This document shows positions 1 to 9,393 of a stretch of DNA of 64,000 nucleotides, piece by piece. A model generated the notes under the pieces. The model ran no database searches. It saw only the letters and a program-made list of their open reading frames with translations, and had not been told where the DNA came from. This DNA comes from Parcubacteria group bacterium (GTDB lineage: Bacteria; Patescibacteriota; Minisyncoccia; Phycocordibacterales; UBA2135): the NCBI GenBank assembly GCA_016180525.1, contig JACPBB010000002.1, forward strand, positions 345,980 through 409,979, written 5' to 3'. A program made the position numbers and the translations under genes. Positions within the stretch are counted from its first letter, which is position 1. Every line of letters begins with the position of its first letter.

Positions 1-241
1 TGCGGGTTGCACGCTTTCCAAGCGTGTGCACTAGACCACTATGCGACTCCTCCGTTTTGCGCAGGGATTGCGATTTGCAGCCAATCGCTTCACTCTTGGG
101 CAAATCGGGAACAAGCGTGCGCACTAGACCGCTATGCGAACCCTCCGCGCAAAAGAAAATTTAAATTGTTGGGACTGCGTTTTACCTTCAATCGCTTCGC
201 TCTTTGTAAAATCAGATTACCACAAAACTAAAAATTTTCAA

Positions 242-273
242 TAAAAAAAATGGCTCGAGCTTGTGGCTCGAGC
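242..273 (-). terminator. rho-independent terminator downstream of the 302..1003 gene
   Basis: palindromic ggctcgagc-ttgt-ggctcgagcc hairpin followed on the minus strand by a T-run. Confidence 0.5.
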
Positions 274-301
274 CGAAAGAATCTTTTCCAATTCACATTC
301 C

Positions 302-1003
302 TTATGGATGGTCATTTTGTGGCCACCGCCGAGGAATAAAAAACCAGAGGAAAAGTGTTGTGACGGAAATCAAGAGGAGGATGGGATTCAAGACCATGAG
401 CGCAAGCGTTTTGGTCGCAAACCCGTAGATGCTCCAGAATACAACCGCGGTAATCTGGGTTATGACAAGCCGAGCATCAAGCACTCCCACCTTCTTGTAA
501 CGTAACATTTCGTAGGGCTGGGTGCTGATGGAGTAAATCCTCCCCACCGCAAACAAGAGAAATGTCGCTTCCGGCCACGGGGTGAAAAGCATCATTGCCG
601 GCATGCACACACAGAAGCCGACGAACTGAATTTTTTCCTTCTTGCTCCATGGCTTGAATTTCCATAGACCGATGAGAATCGGTACGTGCATCGCGCCAAT
701 CAGGATACAGGTGAAGACCACCATCGCACTATGGATGTGGATGCCGTAAAGTGTTCCCACAACCACAAATCCAGCGAAGTAGGCAAACCACACGACCGAC
801 AACCCTTCGCCTGATTCTGCATCCCAAATTTTCTTGTTTTGAGACCAAAGGCCCCAGGCATTAAAGAATGAAACGAGGACGGCACCAACAGTACTGATGC
901 CCACCGCATTCCACCCCCACCCTTGGTACTCAATCGTACCCTTGAGGATTTCTACGACGTAGAGCATCAGACTCTCCTTTTTCTGACAGAACACGGACAA
1001 CAA
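302..1003 (-). CDS. polytopic membrane protein, hypothetical (tandem 3-TM repeats with W-rich motifs; weak PnuC-like resemblance)
   Basis: 233-aa ORF, hydrophobic throughout, own terminator downstream; start may be the internal Met at 967. Confidence 0.45.
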   Translation of the reverse strand: MLSVFCQKKESLMLYVVEILKGTIEYQGWGWNAVGISTVGAVLVSFFNAWGLWSQNKKIWDAESGEGLSVVWFAYFAGFVVVGTLYGIHIHSAMVVFTCILIGAMHVPILIGLWKFKPWSKKEKIQFVGFCVCMPAMMLFTPWPEATFLLFAVGRIYSISTQPYEMLRYKKVGVLDARLVITQITAVVFWSIYGFATKTLALMVLNPILLLISVTTLFLWFFIPRRWPQNDHP

Positions 1004-1121
1004 AGTACAGTTTCTTTAGCTTAATTATATCATATTTTAAATATAAAGTCAAGGTTTTTAAAATATGACTCTTATGTGTATGTGGTATTATTCTCTCTAG
1101 ATTGAAGGAAGGGGCACGCGA

Positions 1122-1688
1122 GTGGAAGCAGTTCTTGCGCTTCTTGGATTTACAACTACAGCGGGAATTGTGTGGAACAGCATCGCGTATGCCGCTGCTG
1201 TTGGCAGTATTGCTGGGCTCTTCATTAAAGAAAGAAATAAACATATACGCTATACATTGTTTACTGTATGTGGCGTCGCACTTGCAGCCTATTCACACTT
1301 GTTTCTTCACAGTCTTTTGTTTTCAACATTGCAGGTTGTAGTCACTTGCTCTGCTTTATTTCAATTGTGCAAATTTGAGCCGTGGCGTGCCCGGGTTTCG
1401 CTTACATTATTGACCGGTATAGCTCTTATAATTCTGATTTTAAGTGGAAATTTAAACGATGTATGGGGAGTTATCGGAACTGTCGGTTTGGTTGGGATCG
1501 CTGTAGGCCTTGTTCTGTTTCCGCTGACTGTCGCATATCTACTGTTGGCAGCGGGCGCACTCTTTCTTGTTGGATATGCGCTTGAGACTGCCGCATGGGT
1601 GTTTTTTGCCCTCAATATTGTTTTTGCTCTTTCAAGCATTATTCAATGGTATCTCTTATATAAAGAAGGAAAGTCCTATGTCGCATAG
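1122..1688 (+). CDS. 6-TM membrane protein, hypothetical (two 3-TM repeats; possibly the same family as the 302..1003 protein)
   Basis: 188-aa ORF with GTG start preceded by gaaggaagggg RBS; terminator hairpin at 1696..1726. Confidence 0.5.
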   Translation: MEAVLALLGFTTTAGIVWNSIAYAAAVGSIAGLFIKERNKHIRYTLFTVCGVALAAYSHLFLHSLLFSTLQVVVTCSALFQLCKFEPWRARVSLTLLTGIALIILILSGNLNDVWGVIGTVGLVGIAVGLVLFPLTVAYLLLAAGALFLVGYALETAAWVFFALNIVFALSSIIQWYLLYKEGKSYVA

Positions 1689-1695
1689 GAAAATT

Positions 1696-1726
1696 GCCGC
1701 CCCCTAAGAAGGGCGGTATTTTCTTA
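1696..1726 (+). terminator. rho-independent terminator
   Basis: gccgccc/gggcggt hairpin followed by tattttctt. Confidence 0.55.
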
Positions 1727-2127
1727 ATTATCCACCCCAGCACCAAAGCAAGCTTGGTGCGGGGCGAGAAGTGGTATTTTGAGCGCCTTGCCCGCTTAAA
1801 ACTCACGAGATGATTTTTAAGTGAGTGCCGCATTTACCCCCACACCTATCGTGCCGTTATTGTTAGTGATTTTACAAACATTGAAACGATTTTATATATA
1901 CTCATACTTGCCGCTGTTCCTTCCTATTTCAGAAGAACAATTAATCACAACGGCACAATAGGTGTAGGGGTTTATCCACAGGGACAGTTTTTATAAATCT
2001 GACGTATAATAAAAGTATAATTATTACTTGTTTTTTAAAAGCTAAATTTATTTTGTAAGAGAGAAGGGTTCACCCCAAAAGTAAATGGGGCACGTAAAAT
2101 TTTCTCTTACAGGATTCGTCAAACTAC

Positions 2128-4488
2128 ATGCCCACATCATCAAAAGGCGCGCACGGCAGTGCGCAGAAAAAAAATATCTCTTTTGTAAAACGAGTCCAAA
2201 AACGAAACGGACTTTTTGTTCCTTTTGATGTTGAAAGAATTAGTAACGCCATCTACAAAGCGATGCTCGCGAGCAATGAAGGCGAGAAGAAAGACGCTGA
2301 GATGCTTGCAAAAAAAGTGTCAATAAAATTGAACAGAATGGCTGCACGGGACAAAGGATTTACGCCTCATGTTGAAAAAATTCAAGATATGGTTGAAGAA
2401 GAGCTCATTTTAGGAGATTTTGCCAAGGTTGCAAAAGCGTATATTTTGTATAGACAAAAAAGGGCGGAACTTCGCAGCGAGCGCGGAGAAGTTCCACAAA
2501 AAGTTAAGGAACTCGCGAATGAAAGTAAAAAATATTTTAGGAATCCCTTGGCTGAATTTGTGTATTACACGACGTACTCGCGCTGGATTCCGGCAGAAAA
2601 AAGAAGGGAGACATGGGTTGAAACAGTCAGCCGCTATGTTGATTTCATGAAAGAAAATCTTGGGAACTCTCTAACGGAAAAAGAATACAAAGAAGTGTAT
2701 GAATATATGGTAAGCATGAAAGCGCTCGGTTCCATGCGTCTTCTCTGGAGCGCGGGAGGAGCCGCGCGCGCGACAAATGTCGCGGCATACAACTGCTCAT
2801 TCATTGGTCCTACTAACTGGAGAGATTTCGGAGAAATTGCGTATGTCTTAATGTGCGGTTCGGGTCTCGGGTTTTCAGTGGAGCGGCAAAACACGGAATT
2901 GCTTCCGATTATTAAAAAACAGACTGGGAAAAAATTACCTGCGATGATAATTGCCGACAGCAAAGAAGGGTGGTCGGACGCGATTGTCACAGGACTCTCT
3001 ACGTGGGCTGGCGGCAAAGATATTGATTTTGACTATTCAAAAATACGGCCGCAGGGAGCGCGCCTTCATACTATGGGGGGTCGTGCGTCAGGGCCTGACC
3101 CGCTTCGGAATCTTTTGGTATTTGCGCGTGCAAAAATGCTTGAAAATCAAGGCAGAAGGCTTGCTCCCGTTGATGTGCATGACATTATTTGCAAAATTGG
3201 AGAAGTCGTTGTTATGGGGGGAGTTCGTCGCAGTGCTCTTATTTCCCTCTCCGACTTGGATGATATTGAAATGAAAGAAGCAAAGAATGGCCAATTTTAC
3301 ATCTCGCACCCCGAACGGAGCATGGCGAACAATTCAGTCGCATACAACGAAAAACCTTCATCGGAAGATTTTCTTGAAGAATGGCTTAATTTAGTAAAAG
3401 GCCGCTCTGGCGAACGGGGGATTTTTAACCGCGGAGGGCTTCAAAACCAGGTTCCCGCACGTAGATGGAAAATTTTGAAGAAAGACGCTCATCGCGCGGG
3501 GCTTAACCCATGCGGGGAAATAAATCTTAAATCAAAACAATTCTGCAATCTTTCAGAAGTTGTGGCGCGGCCAGAAGATACGGAAAAAACACTCATGGAA
3601 AAAGTGCGTGTCGCCACTATTTTAGGCACGTATCAGTCAACCCTCACAAACTTTCCCTACCTCTCAAAAGAGTGGAAGAAAAATTGTGAAGAAGAGCGCC
3701 TGCTCGGAGTTTCTATTACCGGACAGTGGGATTGTCCCGCACTCCGCAACGAAAAAACAATGCAGAAATTACGTGAAGTTGCTGTTGTTACCAATAAAAA
3801 ATACGCAAAACGCTTTGGAATCAACGAATCAACGGCGATTACCTGCGTGAAGCCTTCGGGTAATGGATCACAGTTGTTTGATTCATCATCCGGATGTCAC
3901 CCGCGATACGCTGAATATTATATTCGTCGCGTTCGCATAGAAGTGCACAGCCCGCTCTTCAAATTACTGAAAGATATCGGGGCGCCGTATCACCCGGAAG
4001 TCGGCCAGCCGGCGGATTCGGCAACCACATTTGTTGTTGAGTTTCCAATAAAGGCGCCGGAGGGTGCGGTGACACGCCATAGCCAAAAAGCGCTTGACCA
4101 GCTTAAGTACTGGAAGATGCTCAAGGAAAATTATACGGAACATAATCCTTCCATTACAGTTCAGGTAGAAGATGATGAATGGGTTATGGTTAGCAACTGG
4201 GTGCATGAAAACTGGGACATGGTGGGGGGCATTTCATTTTTGCCAAAATCAGACCACGTATACAAACTTGCTCCGTATGAAGAGATTACAAAAGAGCATT
4301 ATGAACAACTTATTGAACATTTCCCCGAAATTGATTTTTCAAAAATCGTCTTGTACGAGTATGACGATGAAACAGTCGGCTCAAAAGAGCTTGCCTGCGT
4401 AGCGGGGACATGCGAGATAGACATACCGGTAGACGCGGTACAATCTGTCTCAAAAGGAACTGCTGGAGTCGCTCATAAAGAATCTTAA
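2128..4488 (+). CDS. nrdJ: adenosylcobalamin-dependent ribonucleoside-triphosphate reductase (class II RNR) with N-terminal ATP-cone
   Basis: 786 aa; ATP-cone motif VKRNGxxVPFDxxRI; class II active-site signature NPCGEI; typical length for monomeric class II RNR. Confidence 0.85.
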   Translation: MPTSSKGAHGSAQKKNISFVKRVQKRNGLFVPFDVERISNAIYKAMLASNEGEKKDAEMLAKKVSIKLNRMAARDKGFTPHVEKIQDMVEEELILGDFAKVAKAYILYRQKRAELRSERGEVPQKVKELANESKKYFRNPLAEFVYYTTYSRWIPAEKRRETWVETVSRYVDFMKENLGNSLTEKEYKEVYEYMVSMKALGSMRLLWSAGGAARATNVAAYNCSFIGPTNWRDFGEIAYVLMCGSGLGFSVERQNTELLPIIKKQTGKKLPAMIIADSKEGWSDAIVTGLSTWAGGKDIDFDYSKIRPQGARLHTMGGRASGPDPLRNLLVFARAKMLENQGRRLAPVDVHDIICKIGEVVVMGGVRRSALISLSDLDDIEMKEAKNGQFYISHPERSMANNSVAYNEKPSSEDFLEEWLNLVKGRSGERGIFNRGGLQNQVPARRWKILKKDAHRAGLNPCGEINLKSKQFCNLSEVVARPEDTEKTLMEKVRVATILGTYQSTLTNFPYLSKEWKKNCEEERLLGVSITGQWDCPALRNEKTMQKLREVAVVTNKKYAKRFGINESTAITCVKPSGNGSQLFDSSSGCHPRYAEYYIRRVRIEVHSPLFKLLKDIGAPYHPEVGQPADSATTFVVEFPIKAPEGAVTRHSQKALDQLKYWKMLKENYTEHNPSITVQVEDDEWVMVSNWVHENWDMVGGISFLPKSDHVYKLAPYEEITKEHYEQLIEHFPEIDFSKIVLYEYDDETVGSKELACVAGTCEIDIPVDAVQSVSKGTAGVAHKES

Positions 4489-4495
4489 ATACAGA

Positions 4496-4526
4496 AAACA
4501 CCCCGACTTGCATCGGGGTGTTTTCA
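4496..4526 (+). terminator. rho-independent terminator of nrdJ
   Basis: caccccga-cttgcat-cggggtg hairpin plus T-run. Confidence 0.7.
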
Positions 4527-4529
4527 TGT

Positions 4530-5032
4530 ATTTACTGCGTATCTATAAGCCGAATTCTGTACCAATCTTGTCCACCGCAGGTGGCCCGGCAAGATTGAGT
4601 ACCTCGCCGAAGCTCCTACTGCGGAGCGAAGGCGGGTCGTCCGCCGTCACATGCTGCGCATGCTCTGGCGAGACGCTCAATTTTGTAACCGCCTCTGGTG
4701 GACAAAATTGGCGATGATTATTTATCTGCCTCGTCTGTTGCCAGACGGGTCAAGCGGCACTCCCAATCGCGCATCGCCATGCGGCGATCACGTGGGCACG
4801 GCCTTGCATGTAGATAGGAATTTAGCTCCGACGCTCTTGCGAGGTCGGAGTCCCGACTTGACGTCGGGACCGTTTCAGCCGGACTTAACCGGGTCGTTTC
4901 TGTTCGCATCCCGTGGATTACTCCAGGTGGGTATTACCCACTACCATCCTCCTCCTATAAGAATATAAAAGGACATGTTCGGACTTTCCTCACCCAGCTG
5001 TAGGTTTTGAAACCCGTAGTTGGGCGCAATCA
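4530..5032 (-). ncRNA. rnpB: RNase P RNA (bacterial type), unusually long (about 500 nt)
   Basis: minus strand carries the P4 5' strand GAGGAAAGUCCGAAC (plus-strand coordinates 4980..4991) and, about 440 nt downstream, the P4 3' strand ACAGAAUUCGGCUUA (4546..4560), in the correct order; non-coding, G+C-rich, hairpin-dense; ends are approximate. Confidence 0.55.
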
Positions 5033-5132
5033 TCTGATACGCAATATCTTTATTATACAATAAGAAGACAAAAATACAAGGAAGCGTTCTTTGCTATGTA
5101 TTGAAAATGAGGCTTCCATTACTATATAATGT

Positions 5133-7538
5133 ATGAATAGTAATTATAATTATCTAATTTTTATGACTGATACAGGAGCTCTCCCGCAGAAGAATTTTTT
5201 TTCTTTTTTAAAAAAAATAAAAAACGCATCCCTCGACGTTGTTTCAATGGGTATTGTATTTTGGGGCATTGTGCTTTTACCTCTTTTTTTCTTTCCCGTG
5301 CTTGGCTTTTCAATTGATACGAGTAAAATTTTATTTTTAATAGCATTCATTCTTCTTAGTTTTTTACTGTGGCTTTTTGCTCGGCTTAAAGAAGGGTCCA
5401 TTACCATTCCGCTTCATCCGACGCTTGCGGCCGCCGCAATTGTTGTTCTTATTTTTATTATCAGCGCTCTTTTTTCTCCCACACCGCAGAGTTCATTTTT
5501 TGGATTTACCTATGAAATAGGAACCGTAGTATTCATGACTGTTCTTTTTTTGTTATTCTTTCTTGTTTCACTCTTTTTTCAGTCGAGTCGCTCTGTTGAA
5601 CTTTTATATCAATCATTGTTAGTTGTATTTGGGATTTCTTTTCTTTTTTGGGTTCTCCGTCTTTTACTTGGCGTTGACTTTTTATCATTCGGTGGATTTT
5701 TCCCCGGAAAGGCGAGTACTATAATTGGAAAATGGAACGATTTTGCGGTGTTTGCGGGCTTTATAGCACTTCTCTCGCTCATTACGCTTGAAAAAGTCTC
5801 TTTGCACAAAAGAATTCGCGCGGCGCTTTACAGCGTGCTGTTTCTTTCTCTTTTTGTTCTCGCAATTGTGAACTTCTATCTTGTGTGGATTATTGTTGGT
5901 TTGTTTGCCCTCATTATTTTTGTATATAATTTTTCCTCCAATCGTTTTGCGAAGAACACGAAAGATAGTACTTTTTCTCAAAATGTTTCATATCCGTCAG
6001 GGATTGTTTTGGTTGTAGCGCTCTTGTTTGTTATTGCGGGCGGAACTATCGGCGGTTTTCTCAACGAAACACTGGGCATTACCCAAATTGAAGTGCGTCC
6101 GTCGTGGGCCTCAACGGGTATTATTCTTAAAGAGACTATAAAAGAACATCCGCTCCTCGGAAGTGGACCAAATAGATTTACCAATCAATGGTTTACATTT
6201 AAACCCGGAAGCATTAATAGTTCACCGTTTTGGAACACTGAATTTCGATCGGGTGTCGGGCTTTTACCGACCTTTGCGGTTACCACCGGGGTCCTTGGAG
6301 CTGTTTCATTGAGTATTTTCTTGTTTCTTTTCCTGTATCAAGGCGCGCGTTCCTTGTTCGCAACGACAATACATCGTTTGGAATATGTTGTTTTTTCATC
6401 TTTTGTTCTCGCGCTATATCTTTGGGTCATTGCGTTTTTCTATGTTCCGAACGTTGTCTTATTCACGCTTGCGTTTGCGATAACGGGCGTTTTCGTCGGG
6501 GCGTTGGTGGGAGCGGGGAAGATAAAACAATATACGTTTTCATACTTTGAAAATCCACGCGCGGGCTTTATTTCAGTGCTCGTTCTGTCTATTTTGTTAA
6601 TTGGAACTGTTACGATGGGGTACGCTGTTACAAAAAAAATTATTGCGCTCAAAAACTTTTATCAAAGCCGCACGGCTTTTACGGTGGGTGATCTAGAGAC
6701 TGCCGAAGGAAAAATTAAAAAAGCTATAAACCAGAATACTACAGATGTATATTATCGAGGGCTTGCTGAAATTAAAACTCGTCAGATTACAGCTTTGCTT
6801 TCAAGAAATGACGTATCTCCGGAAGATGCTCGGGCTCAATTTCAATCACTGCTCGGTGAAGCGATATTCGCGGGGCAGCAGGCGGTCCAGTTTGATAAGA
6901 CTCAATATGTAAACTGGCTCGCTCTTGCACGCGTATATGAATCTGTTGTGCCGCTTGTTACCGGAGCGTATGAAAGCGCTCGAGTTTCACTTGCCGAGTC
7001 ACTTTCACGCTATCCTCAAAGTCCGTTGCTTACCCTTGAACACGCTAGGCTTGAAATTGCAAACAGAAATATAAACGAAGCACGCCGATATATTGGAGAA
7101 GCTCTTCAAATGAAACCGGATTACGCAAACGCGATTTTCTTGCTTGCGCAAATTGAATTTTCTGAAGGTAATATTTCTGCGGCTATTCGTTCGGTTGAAG
7201 GAGCGACGCTTGCCGCGCCAAATGACGAAGGCCTTTTTTTCCAATTAGGACTTCTTAAATTTAATACACGAGATTACAAAGGGTCTGCGGAGGCTTTGGT
7301 TCGGGCGGTAGAGTTAAATCCCCAGTTTGCAAACGCAAAATATTTTCTTGGACTTTCCTTCTATAATATAAATCGTACAGCGGAGGCAATTGTTCAATTT
7401 GAAGGCATTGAGCTTGCAAATCCGGAAAATCAAGAGGTAAAACAAATTCTAGAGAATTTAAGAAACGGCAATGGTCCATTTGCAAATTTTAATGAGCCGG
7501 ATTTTTCTGAAAGGGACACTCTTCCGCTCAATGAATAG
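5133..7538 (+). CDS. large polytopic membrane protein (O-antigen-ligase/Wzy-like N-terminal region) with C-terminal TPR repeats
   Basis: 801 aa; about 12 predicted TM helices in the first 480 aa, then repeated 34-aa TPR-like units (AxxYxxLGxxYxxxxxxxxAxxxxxxALxLxP pattern). Confidence 0.6.
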   Translation: MNSNYNYLIFMTDTGALPQKNFFSFLKKIKNASLDVVSMGIVFWGIVLLPLFFFPVLGFSIDTSKILFLIAFILLSFLLWLFARLKEGSITIPLHPTLAAAAIVVLIFIISALFSPTPQSSFFGFTYEIGTVVFMTVLFLLFFLVSLFFQSSRSVELLYQSLLVVFGISFLFWVLRLLLGVDFLSFGGFFPGKASTIIGKWNDFAVFAGFIALLSLITLEKVSLHKRIRAALYSVLFLSLFVLAIVNFYLVWIIVGLFALIIFVYNFSSNRFAKNTKDSTFSQNVSYPSGIVLVVALLFVIAGGTIGGFLNETLGITQIEVRPSWASTGIILKETIKEHPLLGSGPNRFTNQWFTFKPGSINSSPFWNTEFRSGVGLLPTFAVTTGVLGAVSLSIFLFLFLYQGARSLFATTIHRLEYVVFSSFVLALYLWVIAFFYVPNVVLFTLAFAITGVFVGALVGAGKIKQYTFSYFENPRAGFISVLVLSILLIGTVTMGYAVTKKIIALKNFYQSRTAFTVGDLETAEGKIKKAINQNTTDVYYRGLAEIKTRQITALLSRNDVSPEDARAQFQSLLGEAIFAGQQAVQFDKTQYVNWLALARVYESVVPLVTGAYESARVSLAESLSRYPQSPLLTLEHARLEIANRNINEARRYIGEALQMKPDYANAIFLLAQIEFSEGNISAAIRSVEGATLAAPNDEGLFFQLGLLKFNTRDYKGSAEALVRAVELNPQFANAKYFLGLSFYNINRTAEAIVQFEGIELANPENQEVKQILENLRNGNGPFANFNEPDFSERDTLPLNE

Positions 7539-7555
7539 TTTTCTAGAGTAGTGCA

Positions 7556-9241
7556 ATGATACAACGTATTTTAAAGACTTTAGAGAAGGAGATAAGCGGC
7601 CTCCATGAGGCCGCGTATCTATTGGGCGTGTTTGCTTTATTTGCAAAAGCTCTCGCTCTTTTTCGGGACAGGCTACTTGCGCACAATTTCGGGGCAAGTG
7701 AAACACTGGATATTTATTATGCTGCCTTTCGTATTCCTGATTTTATTTATATTTCTCTTGCTTCACTCGTCGCTTCCGCAGTGCTTATTCCATTCGTGGT
7801 TTCAAAATTAGAAACAGGCGAGGGGGCACGCCGTTTTTTCAATACCATTTTTACGGTATTTTTTATCGGCATTATTGTCGTCTGCAGTCTCGTGTTCGTG
7901 TTCATGCCGTTTTTATCTGATATTGTTGCTCCGGGCCTTAGCCCTGAAGCCCAAAACGAGCTCATTCTTCTTTCGCGTATCATGCTCTTCTCTCCAATAC
8001 TCCTGGGGCTCTCCGGGCTTTTTGCAAGTATTACGCAAGCTCTGCGGCGTTTTTTTGTCTATGCTTTGAGCCCCATTTTATATAACGCGGGTATTGTAAT
8101 TGGTATTATATTTTTTTATCCTCTGTGGGGTCTTTCGGGCCTCGCCTATGGTGTTGTTTTGGGCGCCGTGCTCCACGCGCTTATTCAAGTTCCTGTGCTT
8201 ATTCGCCAGGGGTTTCTTCCGCGGTTCTCTTTACCTGCACATTTTTTTTCAGAAATAAAAAACGTTTTTCTTCTTTCGCTTCCGCGAACCCTCACACTCT
8301 CAATACATCACCTAGTTCTTCTTGTATTTATTTCATTTGCCTCGCTTATGGGAGAGGGCGCAATTTCCATTTTTAACTTTTCTTTTAATCTTCAATCGGT
8401 ACCGCTCTCTATTATCGGAGTAAGCTATTCCGTTGCGGCATTTCCAACTCTTGCGCGCATGTTTTCAGGCGGCAATCATTCTGCGTTTGTCGCGCAAGTG
8501 TTTTCTTCTTTGCGGCATATTATATTTTGGTCTTTTCCTATTTTGGTTCTTTTTATTGTTTTGCGGGCACAAATCGTAAGAGTCATTCTCGGCACGGGAG
8601 AGTTTGGGTGGCCTGAAACACGTCTTACTGCCGCTGCGCTCGCACTTTTTTCAATTTCAGTTATTGCGCAGAGCGCCATTCTTCTTTTGGTTCGTGGATA
8701 TTATGCCGCGGGTAAAACGAAGGCGCCGCTCGTTATAAACGTCTCCTCATCGCTTCTTATTATCGGACTTGCTTTTCTGTTTATAAAATTATTTACTGTT
8801 TCTGAATTTTTCAAATATTTTATGGAGTCATTGTTTAGAATTTCGGATGTACCCGGCACTGCAATTATTATGCTTCCGCTTGCGTTTTCATTAGGAACAC
8901 TCCTCAATGTATTTATATTGTGGTATTTCTTTAAAAAAGATTTTAGCATTGAACAAACACCGCTTGGAGATACGGTGCGGCATAGTTTTTACGGCTCAAT
9001 CGCGATGGGGTTTGTCGCGTATCAATTTTTGGAAATATTTGACAATGTGTTTGACATAAACACATTTTGGGGAATATTTCTGCAAGGATTTTTCTCCGGC
9101 ATGTTAGGAGTTGTGGCGGGAATATTGTTACTTAAAATTCTCGGCAATAAGGAAATTGCTGAAGTAAGCGCGGCACTGCATCACAGATTTTGGAAAACAA
9201 AACCCGTCGCTCCGGATCAAGGAGACCTTGTGAGCCATTAG
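7556..9241 (+). CDS. murJ: lipid II flippase MurJ (MviN family)
   Basis: 561 aa, 14-TM profile; N-terminal region typical of MurJ (AxxLxxFRDRLLAxxFGASxxLDxYYAAFRIPDF). Confidence 0.8.
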   Translation: MIQRILKTLEKEISGLHEAAYLLGVFALFAKALALFRDRLLAHNFGASETLDIYYAAFRIPDFIYISLASLVASAVLIPFVVSKLETGEGARRFFNTIFTVFFIGIIVVCSLVFVFMPFLSDIVAPGLSPEAQNELILLSRIMLFSPILLGLSGLFASITQALRRFFVYALSPILYNAGIVIGIIFFYPLWGLSGLAYGVVLGAVLHALIQVPVLIRQGFLPRFSLPAHFFSEIKNVFLLSLPRTLTLSIHHLVLLVFISFASLMGEGAISIFNFSFNLQSVPLSIIGVSYSVAAFPTLARMFSGGNHSAFVAQVFSSLRHIIFWSFPILVLFIVLRAQIVRVILGTGEFGWPETRLTAAALALFSISVIAQSAILLLVRGYYAAGKTKAPLVINVSSSLLIIGLAFLFIKLFTVSEFFKYFMESLFRISDVPGTAIIMLPLAFSLGTLLNVFILWYFFKKDFSIEQTPLGDTVRHSFYGSIAMGFVAYQFLEIFDNVFDINTFWGIFLQGFFSGMLGVVAGILLLKILGNKEIAEVSAALHHRFWKTKPVAPDQGDLVSH

Positions 9242-9353
9242 TCCTGGTGTTTTTATGTAGCGTTTTCGATAGATATTTGGAAAACCTTTATTTTAAGGTA
9301 TTGTTTAGAAGATACATATGGATAATATTAGAAATTTTTCTATTATCGCGCAT

Positions 9354-9388
9354 CCCAGTACCATGACGCTCCGCGTCAGCTACGGGAC
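9354..9388. repeat. left 35-bp inverted repeat bracketing lepA
   Basis: cccagtaccatgacgctccgcgtcagctacgggac; its reverse complement recurs at 11253..11287 with one mismatch. Confidence 0.8.
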
Positions 9389-9393
9389 AGGCA

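Noticed and set aside
1-215. CRISPR array at the window start
   Set aside because: There are only two repeat copies, with 4 mismatches between them. The inter-repeat segments share a conserved block (caatcgcttcRctctt), so they are not unique spacers. No cas genes are in view. I kept it as a tandem repeat of unknown nature.
1837-2127. NrdR box or cobalamin riboswitch upstream of nrdJ
   Set aside because: I looked for the palindromic NrdR consensus (acaCwAtATaTwGtgt) and for B12-box-like GCCACTG with AAGGGAA blocks. Neither is convincingly present; the inverted repeats found have a different core (CACCTAT).
4530-5032. tmRNA (ssrA) in the G+C-rich non-coding region after nrdJ
   Set aside because: There is no tRNA-like 3' end (GGTTCGAxTCC...CCA) and no tag reading frame. 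Instead both P4 strands of RNase P RNA are present in the correct order on the minus strand.
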